Part shown: positions 26,776-37,231 of the stretch, piece after piece
Numbering within the stretch: the stretch's first letter is position 1
Layout of the letters: each line of letters begins with the position of its first letter
Source: Candidatus Magasanikiibacteriota bacterium
Lineage (GTDB): Bacteria; Patescibacteriota; Patescibacteriia; Magasanikbacterales; UBA922
Length of the DNA stretch: 64,000 bases
NCBI GenBank assembly: GCA_018652595.1
Contig: JABIBU010000013.1
Coordinates: 93,043-157,042, forward strand
Direction of reading: 5' to 3'
Made by a program: the position numbers and the translations under genes
Notes under the pieces: model-generated
The model's input: the letters and a program-made list of their open reading frames with translations, nothing else
Told to the model about the DNA's origin: nothing
Databases searched by the model: none

Positions 26776-29517
26776 TTATTTTACCTTATAAAGATGCAGC
26801 CCACTTCCGCTATTACTTAGCTCTGTATATTTTTCTTCTATTATTTTTTTAATCCTGATATCAAAAATATTATAATATTCCAAAGGACTTTCTACAAAAA
26901 TCTTAGTATCATTTTCATTTTCCAACAAATCAATTATCAAATTCATCTCACCAGAGAAAGGGATATCGGCAATAGAGGTTGTATCCACTATAGAGCGTGT
27001 ATTACTTTCGGCGTAATAAACGCCCTGATTAGGAGAACTCAGTATAAATATACTTTCTTTCTCATATGTATTTTCTTTTATAAAGTTAATATTTTCAAAA
27101 TAAGCAGACTCCTTTACACCAAACGATGAAACACCCGAACTAACAAAATTAAAATATTTATTTATATTAAAAAATAAACTAAATGGCGCCGAAAGAAGAA
27201 CGTAAAAAATACAAATAAACAGAATTGCTTCCCCATAGTTACCCCGCCCATGCTCCTTGATTCTATGCCACAGTACATCTGCAAAAATTACAAGTAGTAT
27301 CAATGCTGGGTATGATGTTCTAAACAAAGTAGTGTCGCTGGACTGCCCTTCGTAATAACTAAAAAGCCCAACACCTAGAATAGACAAAAATAATATTATC
27401 CTTTCAATATAGTTCGCATTCTTTAGAACAAATGATCTTACAGAGATTAAAATTCCAATCAAATATATTAAAATAACTACACTCCACATATGTGGTGGTG
27501 GTATCATTTTAATCATTAAATAACCTGACAAGAATATCTTTTGATACTGTAATAAAAAAGAAACACTAGGTAATTGCCCACTATTCAAATAGGTGACAAA
27601 AATGAAATAACCAGTGACCAAAAATAAAGCGACAGATCCCACCACAAAGTGTTTTAGCATCTTCACAATCTTAACTTTCCATATACTATCTTTTACTAAC
27701 TCATTATAAAACAAGACTGCCAGCCATGATAAAAACACCACAACACCAACATCAAAATTCCACAAAATACCGATAGAAAAAAATAAGAAAGAAATATAGT
27801 ACAAAAATCTACTATTATTTTTAAAGTAACTTACCACCAAAAATATACTTAGACAAGGAAATACATATCTAATAGGCCAATATTGAAAGTAATATTCTGG
27901 TACAGCCCTAGTAGCCAATAAGGAATAAAAAATTGTACTAAAAAATCCCAAAAATAATAGTAGTTTATTTTTTATTATTTTATACATTGAGCCAAATAAA
28001 AAGAATACTGATATAACCATTAAAAAAGCCATGACCACAGAAAATTTTAAAACACTCAAACCAACAACCTTGAATATGGGTGCTAAAAAGAATGCGTATA
28101 GACCATAAAAACTAGCTAGATTAACCAAGAGACTCTTACCTGCCATAACTTGACTAACTGGATATAAAACAGGATCAAATGTATAAGCATCAAAATAGTT
28201 TGTCAGATTAAAGACATTCATGAAAAAAACTAAAGTAAAAATAAAAAAAACTAAGATAAATAGGGTATTTTTTATTCCTTTTGAGAGATTATCATTTGCA
28301 AAAAACACCAAAAGAAACAAAGGAAATAATATTAAATTAAAAAGGTACTTACCAACTCCACTAAAATAGAAACTATCCTGTATGTAATAAAAACCAGTCA
28401 TAGCCAAACCAAGATAGACCACTGAAAAAATAAAGAAAATACTGACCCCAACCACTCTTGGGTAATATTTTTCTACAAACTCTTCTGTTCTAGATACTTT
28501 TTTATTAAATAAAGCATAAAAGAACCACAAAACAAAAGGAGAGGTTATGCTACTTAAAATAAATTGCAATCTTTCGACCGGTTTTGGTCTAAAATTTTTA
28601 TAAAAATAATCCAAATAATCACCGGAAAGCCCATTCAAAATTTCAGATATATCTGGTTTATAAAAATAATACACAAAATAATTTAAAATAAATAATAAAC
28701 CAACTGTGGAAACAATAGTGATAGAAAAAACAATAAACTGTCTTTTATATGAACTAGGTCTATTAGTAGGGCAATCTATTTGCCCATTACCCAAATATAA
28801 AAACATGACCCTCAAAATCAACCCGAATATAAAAAATATTGAAATCAAAATTAATGCAGATACAAATGGTTTAATAAGTATCTTATCATCGCCACTCCAA
28901 TTTATTAGGCTTCCAAAAAAACTCTTATAAATTGGTATTTTTGATCTGCCCAAACTAACCTCCTCAGGAGCTTCCAATACCAGAAAGCTATCATAATCTT
29001 CGACCTGCAACTCTGATTTAATTAAAGATTTATCAAAAACATGCCAATCTTTTTTTATTTGTTCTCCGCTAAAATGAAAAGGTTTATCACCAATCCATAT
29101 ATCCAAATTGGCCAAAACAGAAAGATCGTCTTCATTGAGACCAAGCAAAATCTTTTTCATAAAAACACCATCTACTGTCCATCTCTTATCTAGATTTTGA
29201 TTGGGTCTTATATATGTATAATTACCAGACCTAGCCAGTTGCATATATCTTTTTAAAGAATCTATCTCTTTACCTTGTACATCAGTCGCCTCAATCCTTA
29301 CTGGCTCAATTATTTGCCGACTACCAACCACAGAGATCATCTGACCAGCAAAAAATACCAAAAAAAATAAAATAAGTAATAAAACTCCCACTTTATACTC
29401 TTTTTTAAAAACCTTAAAAATAGAATCTGCAAATGATCTATTATAAATTATTTTCTTGAATTTTTCCAAATCAAATAGGTCTTTTTTCATAGTATATAAC
29501 ACATCTCTATTTACCAA
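26776..29517 (-). CDS. Very large polytopic membrane protein (more than 20 TM). Candidate glycan polymerase or GT-C glycosyltransferase.
   Basis: 913 aa, almost entirely hydrophobic helices, with a soluble C-terminal domain. The alternative start MKKDLF (29490) avoids the 11-nt overlap. Confidence 0.45.
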   Translation of the reverse strand: MVNRDVLYTMKKDLFDLEKFKKIIYNRSFADSIFKVFKKEYKVGVLLLILFFLVFFAGQMISVVGSRQIIEPVRIEATDVQGKEIDSLKRYMQLARSGNYTYIRPNQNLDKRWTVDGVFMKKILLGLNEDDLSVLANLDIWIGDKPFHFSGEQIKKDWHVFDKSLIKSELQVEDYDSFLVLEAPEEVSLGRSKIPIYKSFFGSLINWSGDDKILIKPFVSALILISIFFIFGLILRVMFLYLGNGQIDCPTNRPSSYKRQFIVFSITIVSTVGLLFILNYFVYYFYKPDISEILNGLSGDYLDYFYKNFRPKPVERLQFILSSITSPFVLWFFYALFNKKVSRTEEFVEKYYPRVVGVSIFFIFSVVYLGLAMTGFYYIQDSFYFSGVGKYLFNLILFPLFLLVFFANDNLSKGIKNTLFILVFFIFTLVFFMNVFNLTNYFDAYTFDPVLYPVSQVMAGKSLLVNLASFYGLYAFFLAPIFKVVGLSVLKFSVVMAFLMVISVFFLFGSMYKIIKNKLLLFLGFFSTIFYSLLATRAVPEYYFQYWPIRYVFPCLSIFLVVSYFKNNSRFLYYISFLFFSIGILWNFDVGVVVFLSWLAVLFYNELVKDSIWKVKIVKMLKHFVVGSVALFLVTGYFIFVTYLNSGQLPSVSFLLQYQKIFLSGYLMIKMIPPPHMWSVVILIYLIGILISVRSFVLKNANYIERIILFLSILGVGLFSYYEGQSSDTTLFRTSYPALILLVIFADVLWHRIKEHGRGNYGEAILFICIFYVLLSAPFSLFFNINKYFNFVSSGVSSFGVKESAYFENINFIKENTYEKESIFILSSPNQGVYYAESNTRSIVDTTSIADIPFSGEMNLIIDLLENENDTKIFVESPLEYYNIFDIRIKKIIEEKYTELSNSGSGLHLYKVK

Positions 29518-30208
29518 ATCTTAATTTTAAAATTGTAATAACATAAGTTATAGCAAATAAAAATAAATTTCTCTTTGTCTTACCAAATTCTCTTTTTTTA
29601 AATGTGTATGGCAATTCAAGAAATTTTATACTTTTATTTTTTTTCTTCAACTTAAACATTATCTCCTCTACAATATCAAAGTTATTGCAATTTAGAGACA
29701 AGTCTTTTAGTTGGTCTGATCTATACAATTTAAAACTGTTAGAAACATCTTTGCATTTCAAATTTAATATTGATGAATATAAAATATTAATAGCAAGGCT
29801 CATCAAAATCAAAATTTTGCTATTTTCAGTATTACCACCCTTTACATAACGGGAAGCAATAACAACATCAGCGTCGTTTCTATGAGAATAGAGTTTCTTT
29901 ATAAATTCAGGTGAATGCGAACCATCTGCATCCATAAAGACAAAAAATTCTCCTGTTGCATTTTTTATACCAGTCCTTATCGCGTCTCCATAATTATTTC
30001 CATTATCTCTATTTAGATAGACTACAGAATTATCTAAGCAGATATCTTTTGTGTCATCCATTGCGCGCAATGTATCCACAACTATAATCTCATAATTTAT
30101 ATTTAGTTGATTCAACCCATCTTTTATTTTGGGTAATATAACAGATAAATTTTCTGCTTCTTGATAAGCTGGTAGGACTACACTAAGTTTTATTATTTTA
30201 TTTTCCAT
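29507..30208 (-). CDS. GT2 polyprenol-phosphate glycosyltransferase (GtrB/DPM1-like)
   Basis: LSVVLPAYQEAENL...VVDT...FMDADGSHSP. Confidence 0.8.
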   Translation of the reverse strand: MENKIIKLSVVLPAYQEAENLSVILPKIKDGLNQLNINYEIIVVDTLRAMDDTKDICLDNSVVYLNRDNGNNYGDAIRTGIKNATGEFFVFMDADGSHSPEFIKKLYSHRNDADVVIASRYVKGGNTENSKILILMSLAINILYSSILNLKCKDVSNSFKLYRSDQLKDLSLNCNNFDIVEEIMFKLKKKNKSIKFLELPYTFKKREFGKTKRNLFLFAITYVITILKLRFGK

Positions 30209-30216
30209 AAACTATT

Positions 30217-31245
30217 TTAAAATATCTTATTATCTGTTATCCATTTTAGCATACTTCTTATTCCTTCCTTTTTGCCAACTTTTGGTTTCCACCCTAAAAA
30301 TCTTTCTATCTTACTAATGTCAGCGATAAAGACCTTTTGATCACTCTCTCTTGGTGGTAAATTTGTATATTTTAATTTTACCCCCAACTCTTCTTCCAAA
30401 ATATCAAAAAGCTCTAACAACGATAGACTATTTTCAACTCCCCCACCAATATTAAATACTTGCCCCTTAATCTTTTCAATATTTTTTGCAGCCAAAAAAT
30501 AAAGATCCACCATATCATCTGCATGCAAAACATCTCTAACCTGCTTACCATTACCAGATATTGTAAAAGGCTCTCTTTGTGGATTTTCTTTTGTGGAAAC
30601 TGCCTGTGCACAAAACCAACCTATCCAGCCCTGATCTTTACTTGAAAATTGACGAGATCCATACATTGAAGAATGTCTCATAACTGCAGTTTTTATACCA
30701 AATACTTTATTATAATCTAAAATATACTGATCAGCAGAACCTTTTGAGCATCCATAAGGAGATGCGAAGGATAATCCAATATTTTCATCAAAACCATCAG
30801 AAAAATCTAAGGACTTATATCTCCTTTCTTCTTCTACAAAATTAATATGTTCCAAGTCACCATAGACCTTGTTGGTTGAAGAATATATAACTGCTGTACT
30901 AGAGCTATGCTTTCTTATTGCCTCAAGTAAATTTAAAGTGCCTAATGCGTTTGTATTAAAATCTAATAGTGGATCTTCTATTGAAGATGTCATTGCAACT
31001 TGTCCGGCAAAATGAAATACTACATCTGGCCTCTCATCAATTATTACTCTCTCTATTTCACCATACTTACTAATATCACCCTGAACAAAAGTAAAATCAC
31101 CCAATGTATTTAACCATTCTAAATTTTTTTCTGACCCAAATCTAGATAAATTATCAAAAATAATTAATTCGTCACCTTTTTGTAAAATTTCTTTTGATAG
31201 GTTTGACCCCAAAAAACCACAGCCTCCGGTTATTAAATACTTCAT
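30217..31245 (-). CDS. CDP-paratose 2-epimerase (tyvelose epimerase RfbE)-like SDR
   Basis: MKYLITGGCGFLGSNL...HFAGQVAMT...IYSSTNKVYGDLE...SPYGCSKGSADQY...HSSMYG.RQF...DQGWIGWF...FTISGNGKQVRDVLH tracks Salmonella RfbE block by block (recalled, not searched). Confidence 0.7.
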   Translation of the reverse strand: MKYLITGGCGFLGSNLSKEILQKGDELIIFDNLSRFGSEKNLEWLNTLGDFTFVQGDISKYGEIERVIIDERPDVVFHFAGQVAMTSSIEDPLLDFNTNALGTLNLLEAIRKHSSSTAVIYSSTNKVYGDLEHINFVEEERRYKSLDFSDGFDENIGLSFASPYGCSKGSADQYILDYNKVFGIKTAVMRHSSMYGSRQFSSKDQGWIGWFCAQAVSTKENPQREPFTISGNGKQVRDVLHADDMVDLYFLAAKNIEKIKGQVFNIGGGVENSLSLLELFDILEEELGVKLKYTNLPPRESDQKVFIADISKIERFLGWKPKVGKKEGIRSMLKWITDNKIF

Positions 31246-31251
31246 AACTTT

Positions 31252-32148
31252 TTATATTATACTTTTTAACTCAAAATCAAGTGTTTTTTTTATCCCATCT
31301 TCCAAAGAAGTTCCGCACTCCCAACCAAATTTCTTAATTGCGCTTGTGTCTGCTATGCACTCCATTACTTCGTGTTTTCTATATGGCAATGCTCCAAAAT
31401 TCAAAACTGTTTTATTAAGAGGTAATAATTCTTTCATCATTTCCACAAGCTTTCTAATTGTAACAGCCTTATTACTTCCAATTTCAAAATAATAAAAATC
31501 AGAACTAAAACTATCTAAGTTCTCCAAAATTGTCATAAAGGCATTCACCACATCATCTACGAACACAAAGTCTCTTTTTTGCTCGCCCTTAGTCAAATCT
31601 ATATTATCTACACCTTCTACAAGCTTACGAAGTATGTTTGAGACAAATTTAGTACTATCGTCTCCGGGACCATAAAAATGTTCTAATGCAATATTGATGC
31701 ACACTAAGTCATTTTTATAACTAGTTAGCCAATCCTTAAATTGCCTTTTTGATAAGGAGTAATTATTTATTCTTTTATCAAGGATAGTATCTGTGTTTAT
31801 AAAATATGTTACACCATTTTCTCTTCCAAGCTCCAGCAAGCTCAACGGCAACAATAAATTGGCCTCGAGTGTGTGTATTGGATCTCTACCCTTTCTTCCA
31901 TAGTCAGTTGCACAATGTAAAATAATATCTATTTTATTTTCTTCAAAAATCTTTCTCAATTTTGTCTCGTCTGTATTATAAGTCTTTATTTTATCTATAT
32001 ATTCATCAATTCTAAACGTATTTGAAAAAGATCTCTTCAAAACTATAATAGAATACCCCTTATAAATTAATTTTTTTAAGATACTACTACCAAGATATCC
32101 AGTAGCCCCCGTCAATAAAATTACTTTTTTATCTTTTTCCATATACAA
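31252..32148 (-). CDS. CDP-3,6-dideoxyhexose synthase-like SDR (RfbS/RfbJ-like 4-ketoreductase)
   Basis: LLTGATGYLGSSI, LEHFYGPGDDSTKF and TKGEQKRDFVFVDDVVNAFMTILEN resemble CDP-abequose/paratose synthases (recalled). 298 aa. Confidence 0.55.
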   Translation of the reverse strand: MYMEKDKKVILLTGATGYLGSSILKKLIYKGYSIIVLKRSFSNTFRIDEYIDKIKTYNTDETKLRKIFEENKIDIILHCATDYGRKGRDPIHTLEANLLLPLSLLELGRENGVTYFINTDTILDKRINNYSLSKRQFKDWLTSYKNDLVCINIALEHFYGPGDDSTKFVSNILRKLVEGVDNIDLTKGEQKRDFVFVDDVVNAFMTILENLDSFSSDFYYFEIGSNKAVTIRKLVEMMKELLPLNKTVLNFGALPYRKHEVMECIADTSAIKKFGWECGTSLEDGIKKTLDFELKSII

Positions 32149-32153
32149 ATATA

Positions 32154-33089
32154 TTACTCAATATGTGCTATAACCTGACTTATATATTTCTCGTCACAAC
32201 AATCTTCCGGATCTCTTTCGTTTATTTCATTAAAATACTTATGTGAGACCTTTATTTGCTTGTCTGCCTTTCTCAAAAACATTTCGTACTCCATGTCTAT
32301 ATGACCGATATCTACAACACGATAACCCAGCAAGAACAAATCATAAGCCAAGACTTTTGCCGTTGGCCCAAGAGAAAGTAATATGAGTTTATCCTTATCT
32401 ATTTTCAAGGCTTCATTTTTTATTTTTTCGTATTTATCATAAGCACTTTCAGGTGGACATAAGATCCTTTGCAAAGACTTTACACTATCAAACATATCAT
32501 TGCCAACACCCAAACGACTTTTTGAACCTTCAACAAGCACTACATCTTTATTCGCCCAAATAGAAAATAATTTTTTAAAAACATATGCAGAGTTTGACCT
32601 ATCAACGTATGCCAAATAAGGACGGGTCATATTGGTATCACCATATTTTTTTTTGTAAGACAGTAGTTTTTTCCACACATGCCCATGTCTATACAAGTGA
32701 TGCATATTAAACCAATATGCGTAACTCTTGAATCCATTCAATTTTTCCCAAATACCTGGAATACATATTAATAGACCATCTCTGTTGCTTTTCAAAATTA
32801 GTTCTAATTTTCTAGACAATTCTTCATTTGTTTTCTGAAAAGCAAGCGTCAAATTATCTATTAAAGAAATTTCTCCATCCCCAAACCTAATTACAGACAT
32901 ATTTTTTTCTACTACCAAATCTACAGTCTCTGGAATAGAGAGCACATCTGGACGTTTTCGTTTTTTTCTTAAATAGACATTGAATACGTACAATACAAAT
33001 GCAATGACAGGGCCTATCTTTTGTCTAATGCCAAGTGGTGTAAAATCTCTCAATTTTTGAATAAAATTTTGTATTAATGATTTTTTCAT
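32154..33089 (-). CDS. GT-D-fold glycosyltransferase (DUF1792 family)
   Basis: RFGDGE motif near the N-terminus and the overall size match the DUF1792/GT-D family. Confidence 0.5.
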   Translation of the reverse strand: MKKSLIQNFIQKLRDFTPLGIRQKIGPVIAFVLYVFNVYLRKKRKRPDVLSIPETVDLVVEKNMSVIRFGDGEISLIDNLTLAFQKTNEELSRKLELILKSNRDGLLICIPGIWEKLNGFKSYAYWFNMHHLYRHGHVWKKLLSYKKKYGDTNMTRPYLAYVDRSNSAYVFKKLFSIWANKDVVLVEGSKSRLGVGNDMFDSVKSLQRILCPPESAYDKYEKIKNEALKIDKDKLILLSLGPTAKVLAYDLFLLGYRVVDIGHIDMEYEMFLRKADKQIKVSHKYFNEINERDPEDCCDEKYISQVIAHIE

Positions 33090-33101
33090 AATATATTTGA
33101 T

Positions 33102-33941
33102 TTAAGAATCAAAATCTTTTAACAGATCTTCTTTTGACAGACTATACTTTTCTTCTATGCTTTCTAAAGTAATGTTATTTTCAAGCTCAAAGAGTCTGGC
33201 ATACGCCATCAATCTAAAAAATGCGTAACTCAGTATAATTATTATACCAAGCCTACCACTTCTCCAGCCTCTCTTTCCATAAATCCAAATATAACGCAAC
33301 ATAGCAGCGAGCATTCGAATAATGCTAAATTTTTTTTCTAAAAGATATTTTTCAGCTGCCTCAGCTTCAGCATATCGCAAATGTCCAATCACAAATTTAT
33401 TTATACTATATGTACTAAAATGCTTCAATGCATATTTTTCTTTATTTGGAAGCTTGAGTTTTTGATCTTTTGAGCCCAAAAACTGTCCCATTCCATGAAT
33501 GTAATTCTCTTTATAATTTATGAAATCTTTATGAAACAAAAATGGTGAATATGCTTTTTGTATATAGTTATCTGTATTACCCCACAAATATGTATATAGA
33601 GGTACGAGTACATATTTATATTTATCTTGCATAGAAATCTCAATCATTTTTTCCACCAAACTTTTTGGAGCAATATTATCAACATACCCCCAATAAATCC
33701 AATCAGTATTCAGATTTGATTTTAAAAAATCAAAATTTTCCTGTGTTTCAACCTGAGGCTTTTTGCTTGGCGGCCTCGAGAGAAATCTAGCCCCAAGCGA
33801 TTCAGCGATCTCTTGTGTTTTATCAGTACTACCGCCATCCATCAATATTACCTCACCACACTTAATAAAATTCCTAATAGCATAGGAAATTCTTTTTTCC
33901 TCGTTATAAGTAAACAAAACAAATGTAATATTATTATTCAT
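33102..33941 (-). CDS. GT2-like glycosyltransferase with a C-terminal membrane segment
   Basis: ITFVLFTYNEEKRI...LMDGGSTDKT N-terminal GT-A half, with a hydrophobic C-terminus. Confidence 0.5.
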   Translation of the reverse strand: MNNNITFVLFTYNEEKRISYAIRNFIKCGEVILMDGGSTDKTQEIAESLGARFLSRPPSKKPQVETQENFDFLKSNLNTDWIYWGYVDNIAPKSLVEKMIEISMQDKYKYVLVPLYTYLWGNTDNYIQKAYSPFLFHKDFINYKENYIHGMGQFLGSKDQKLKLPNKEKYALKHFSTYSINKFVIGHLRYAEAEAAEKYLLEKKFSIIRMLAAMLRYIWIYGKRGWRSGRLGIIIILSYAFFRLMAYARLFELENNITLESIEEKYSLSKEDLLKDFDS

Positions 33942-33943
33942 AT

Positions 33944-34855
33944 TTATAATTTTCCAAATAACCTCTTTATAAAATCACGAACATTCTGACTTCTAAATAA
34001 GTACTTTCTCAAAACACTAATGATCCAGGTTTTAAATAAATTAATTACTTGCTTTATTTTTAAGATCCATTTAGAATATTTTAACTCGTATGTATCGAGG
34101 ATCCACATTTGCAATTTGGATGTAGACTCTGCGCGCTTCGATAAAGTTTCTAATCCAGGAAAAACATCCCAGCGAATATTGGCAGCACGAACCTTAATTA
34201 GAGGCTTTGAAATAATTGCAAAACGCCTACCTTTCATAGCAGACAACAAAATATACACATGCACGGCATTAGAACCCACATGTTCAGTTTTGTTTTTCAA
34301 AGATTTCCAAAATTCTCTTTTAAATAATTGCATAGAAAGCCCGCAAAATTGACCGACTAGATCATTTTTTTTCATCTCTGATACGCGATCATCTACTAAT
34401 TTATAATATTGATTTGATTCAATAATAAAATTAGGCTGTGACACAGAGGGCTTACTTAGCGAATTATTATAACCCAGACAATTAACTATACAATAATCAA
34501 ACTTATCCAATTTTAACTCCTCTAGCATGTGCTCTAGTGCGCCCTCAAACAAAGCATCGTCATCTCCCAAAAACCAAACAAAGTCACCTTTTGCTTTTTC
34601 TACAACATTTATTATATTCCGATCTACTCTTATATTCTCTGAATTTCTATAATAAAAAATATTTGAATAATCCCTTTGAAATTCATTTACAATTTTTTCA
34701 GTATTGTCCGTGCTTGCATTATCTGATATTACAATCTCAACACTCTCTCGTACGACAGAATCTTCGAACTGCAAAACAATGCTATTTAGACATTGTCTCA
34801 AGCATTCATCGCGATTATAAGTCGGTATACATATACTGATAATAGGATTGTTCAT
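33944..34855 (-). CDS. GT2-family glycosyltransferase
   Basis: ISICIPTYNRDECL...ISDNASTDNT...DDD. Confidence 0.75.
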   Translation of the reverse strand: MNNPIISICIPTYNRDECLRQCLNSIVLQFEDSVVRESVEIVISDNASTDNTEKIVNEFQRDYSNIFYYRNSENIRVDRNIINVVEKAKGDFVWFLGDDDALFEGALEHMLEELKLDKFDYCIVNCLGYNNSLSKPSVSQPNFIIESNQYYKLVDDRVSEMKKNDLVGQFCGLSMQLFKREFWKSLKNKTEHVGSNAVHVYILLSAMKGRRFAIISKPLIKVRAANIRWDVFPGLETLSKRAESTSKLQMWILDTYELKYSKWILKIKQVINLFKTWIISVLRKYLFRSQNVRDFIKRLFGKL

Positions 34856-34883
34856 TTTATTTAAAGATTAAAATTAAAAATCT

Positions 34884-35894
34884 CTATGCTTTATCTTTCC
34901 TTATCTTGTCTATTAGTACTTGAACTTTATGCCCCTCCACAAATGAGGGTAATATTTGTTCCTTGTTATTACACCCTACAACAAATCTAGTTGCTATTTT
35001 TCTAACAGTATCAACTCTTTCATCTTCTTCGTTATCTATTTTAACTTTTTTATCCTCCACAAGGATCCTTTTTGATTCTTCTTTGGTATAAATATTTATA
35101 GTAAAATTTTCAGTTACACTATTTTTGTTTTCCAAAATAATTTTACCTTTTTCACATTCAAATATTAGTTGGTGCCTATTTAAGCCTGCATTGCTTGCAT
35201 TAATATGAGCACTACCATCAACTCCATTTTTAAATTTTATAATTATATCTAGGCCAGATTCTCCTCCATTGGCACTGCCATCTGAATAAGAGAAAGAGCT
35301 CTTTACATCTAGTATTTCACCGGCATAATATTCCAAATAATAGAGCGAATGAGAAAAATAAAAAGACAGCGCACCTCCACCCTCATTTATATCTGTCTTC
35401 CATGAAGAAATGCCGTTTTTTATATCATAACTCAAAAAATCCCAATTCACAGAAACATGCTTTAACTTTCCGTAAGTATCCTGATCTAGCATTTTTTTTA
35501 CTTCTTGCCATGCCTTTATTTCCGGAAAAATAAAATCGACTGCATGCACGATACCATTCTTTTCTGCCAGATCCAGAAGTTCTTTTGTTTGCTCTTGATT
35601 TAAAGCAAGTGGTTTTTCAGCAAATATATTTATTTTCTTTTTTATTGCAACCCTTGCTATTTCATACTGAGTTCTTGGTCTAACTGCAATTGCCAAAGCA
35701 TCTAGGTCTTCGTTTTTCAGCATATCTTTCCAATCTGTATAAACATTATCCAAATTTATGCTTTTGCAGTATTTCAATAAACGATCTGTTTTCTTTCCAC
35801 AAATAGAAACCACATGACAATCATTTATATCACTGAATGCAGGAAGCAGTCCATAAAGACCAAATCCTGAACCAATTATACCTACTTTTAACAT
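34884..35894 (-). CDS. Gfo/Idh/MocA-family NAD(P)-dependent oxidoreductase
   Basis: N-terminal Rossmann motif KVGIIGSGFG and a length of 336 aa. This family is common in sugar 3-oxidation and amination steps. Confidence 0.65.
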   Translation of the reverse strand: MLKVGIIGSGFGLYGLLPAFSDINDCHVVSICGKKTDRLLKYCKSINLDNVYTDWKDMLKNEDLDALAIAVRPRTQYEIARVAIKKKINIFAEKPLALNQEQTKELLDLAEKNGIVHAVDFIFPEIKAWQEVKKMLDQDTYGKLKHVSVNWDFLSYDIKNGISSWKTDINEGGGALSFYFSHSLYYLEYYAGEILDVKSSFSYSDGSANGGESGLDIIIKFKNGVDGSAHINASNAGLNRHQLIFECEKGKIILENKNSVTENFTINIYTKEESKRILVEDKKVKIDNEEDERVDTVRKIATRFVVGCNNKEQILPSFVEGHKVQVLIDKIRKDKA

Positions 35895-35903
35895 AAATTA
35901 ATA

Positions 35904-37184
35904 TTATACATCTTCATTTTTTACTATTTCAAAGTCTGGCAATGGTATTACAAAATCGGACTTCAACCCCCTTGCCTTCAATTGTTCCATTATTGGCTTG
36001 GCATAATGCCAAGCCAAAATAATAACATAGTCAGGCTGTTCATCGATAAGGATCTGATTGTTAACCACAGGAATATGCTTGCCCGGCAAATATTTGCCCA
36101 ATTTGAGCGATGCTGGCTGTTCTGCTAAGTATGGTAGTAATTCTGTGCCTACTCCATAATAATTTAATAGAGTTGAACACCTGCCAGGACATGAATTTCC
36201 CACTATACTCTTCCCTTCCCTATTGGTGCTGATCAAAAAATCCATAAACTTTAGACGGGCCATCTTTACTCGATCTGCAAATTTCTGAAATGTTTCTAGT
36301 TTTCCAAGACCTGATGCATCTTCTAAAGCAAGCAAATCAGTCACCGCTTGGCTCACAGGCCTCCCCTTTCCTTTGGTAACATGAACACGAATATTTCCAC
36401 CATATCTATCGCCTCTTTCTACATCAGTCACAGTAAAGTCGTATTGATCAAACAGAGCCACAAGAGCACGCAATGAATAGGTGCGCAGATGTTCGTGGTA
36501 GACTGTATCAAACTGCCCACCTTCAACCACATTCAAAAGATAGTGGGTCTCAGAGACAAAAACCCCATCTTCTTTTAAGAGTGTATATGCACCCATAATA
36601 ACCTCTCCCAAGGTCTGCATATGTGCAAATGTATTTGTAGTCACAATGACAGACGCTTCTCCATGCTTTTCCTTAATCATTTCGGCGGTCTTAATATCAA
36701 AGAAAGATTGAACTGTCTCAATACCCCTTTCATTTGCAAACTTTGCAATATTTGTAGGTTCGACACCAATAGTTTTAATACCAGTACCCTCAAAACCACT
36801 GAGCAAAGTCCCATCATTTGCACCGACATCAACCACTAAATCACCCTCTTGAAGATTATATTTATTGATAAGTGATTCGGCAATCTTTACTTGGTATTCC
36901 ACCAATTCTTTTGTCACACCACTCTTGTATGGATAGTCTGGATGATAGACCTCTTTACCATCGACACAGTAATCTATCTGAGCGTCAGTACAATTTTCAC
37001 ACCAAATCATACGAAGTGGAAAAGTTTTTTCTGGCTGATCAAGCATTTCTTTTGTCAAAAGTGTGTCACATAAAGGCTGATGCCCAAGATCAAGTATGGT
37101 GTGCAATTTATCTGAATTACAAACTTGACACCTGCTAATGTGCCCAGTTTTTATATCGTGATGTTCTGGATAGTTTAGACTCAT
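35904..37184 (-). CDS. NDP-hexose C-methyltransferase (Zn ribbon + class I SAM MTase + C-methyltransferase C-terminal domain)
   Basis: CQVCNS...CENC zinc ribbon, the SAM motif VVDVGANDGTLL, and a C-terminal domain as in TylCIII-type sugar 3-C-methyltransferases. Confidence 0.7.
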   Translation of the reverse strand: MSLNYPEHHDIKTGHISRCQVCNSDKLHTILDLGHQPLCDTLLTKEMLDQPEKTFPLRMIWCENCTDAQIDYCVDGKEVYHPDYPYKSGVTKELVEYQVKIAESLINKYNLQEGDLVVDVGANDGTLLSGFEGTGIKTIGVEPTNIAKFANERGIETVQSFFDIKTAEMIKEKHGEASVIVTTNTFAHMQTLGEVIMGAYTLLKEDGVFVSETHYLLNVVEGGQFDTVYHEHLRTYSLRALVALFDQYDFTVTDVERGDRYGGNIRVHVTKGKGRPVSQAVTDLLALEDASGLGKLETFQKFADRVKMARLKFMDFLISTNREGKSIVGNSCPGRCSTLLNYYGVGTELLPYLAEQPASLKLGKYLPGKHIPVVNNQILIDEQPDYVIILAWHYAKPIMEQLKARGLKSDFVIPLPDFEIVKNEDV

Positions 37185-37231
37185 AAAATTAATATTAAAT
37201 TAAGTTAAATTATTTTTTATTATTTAAGTTT

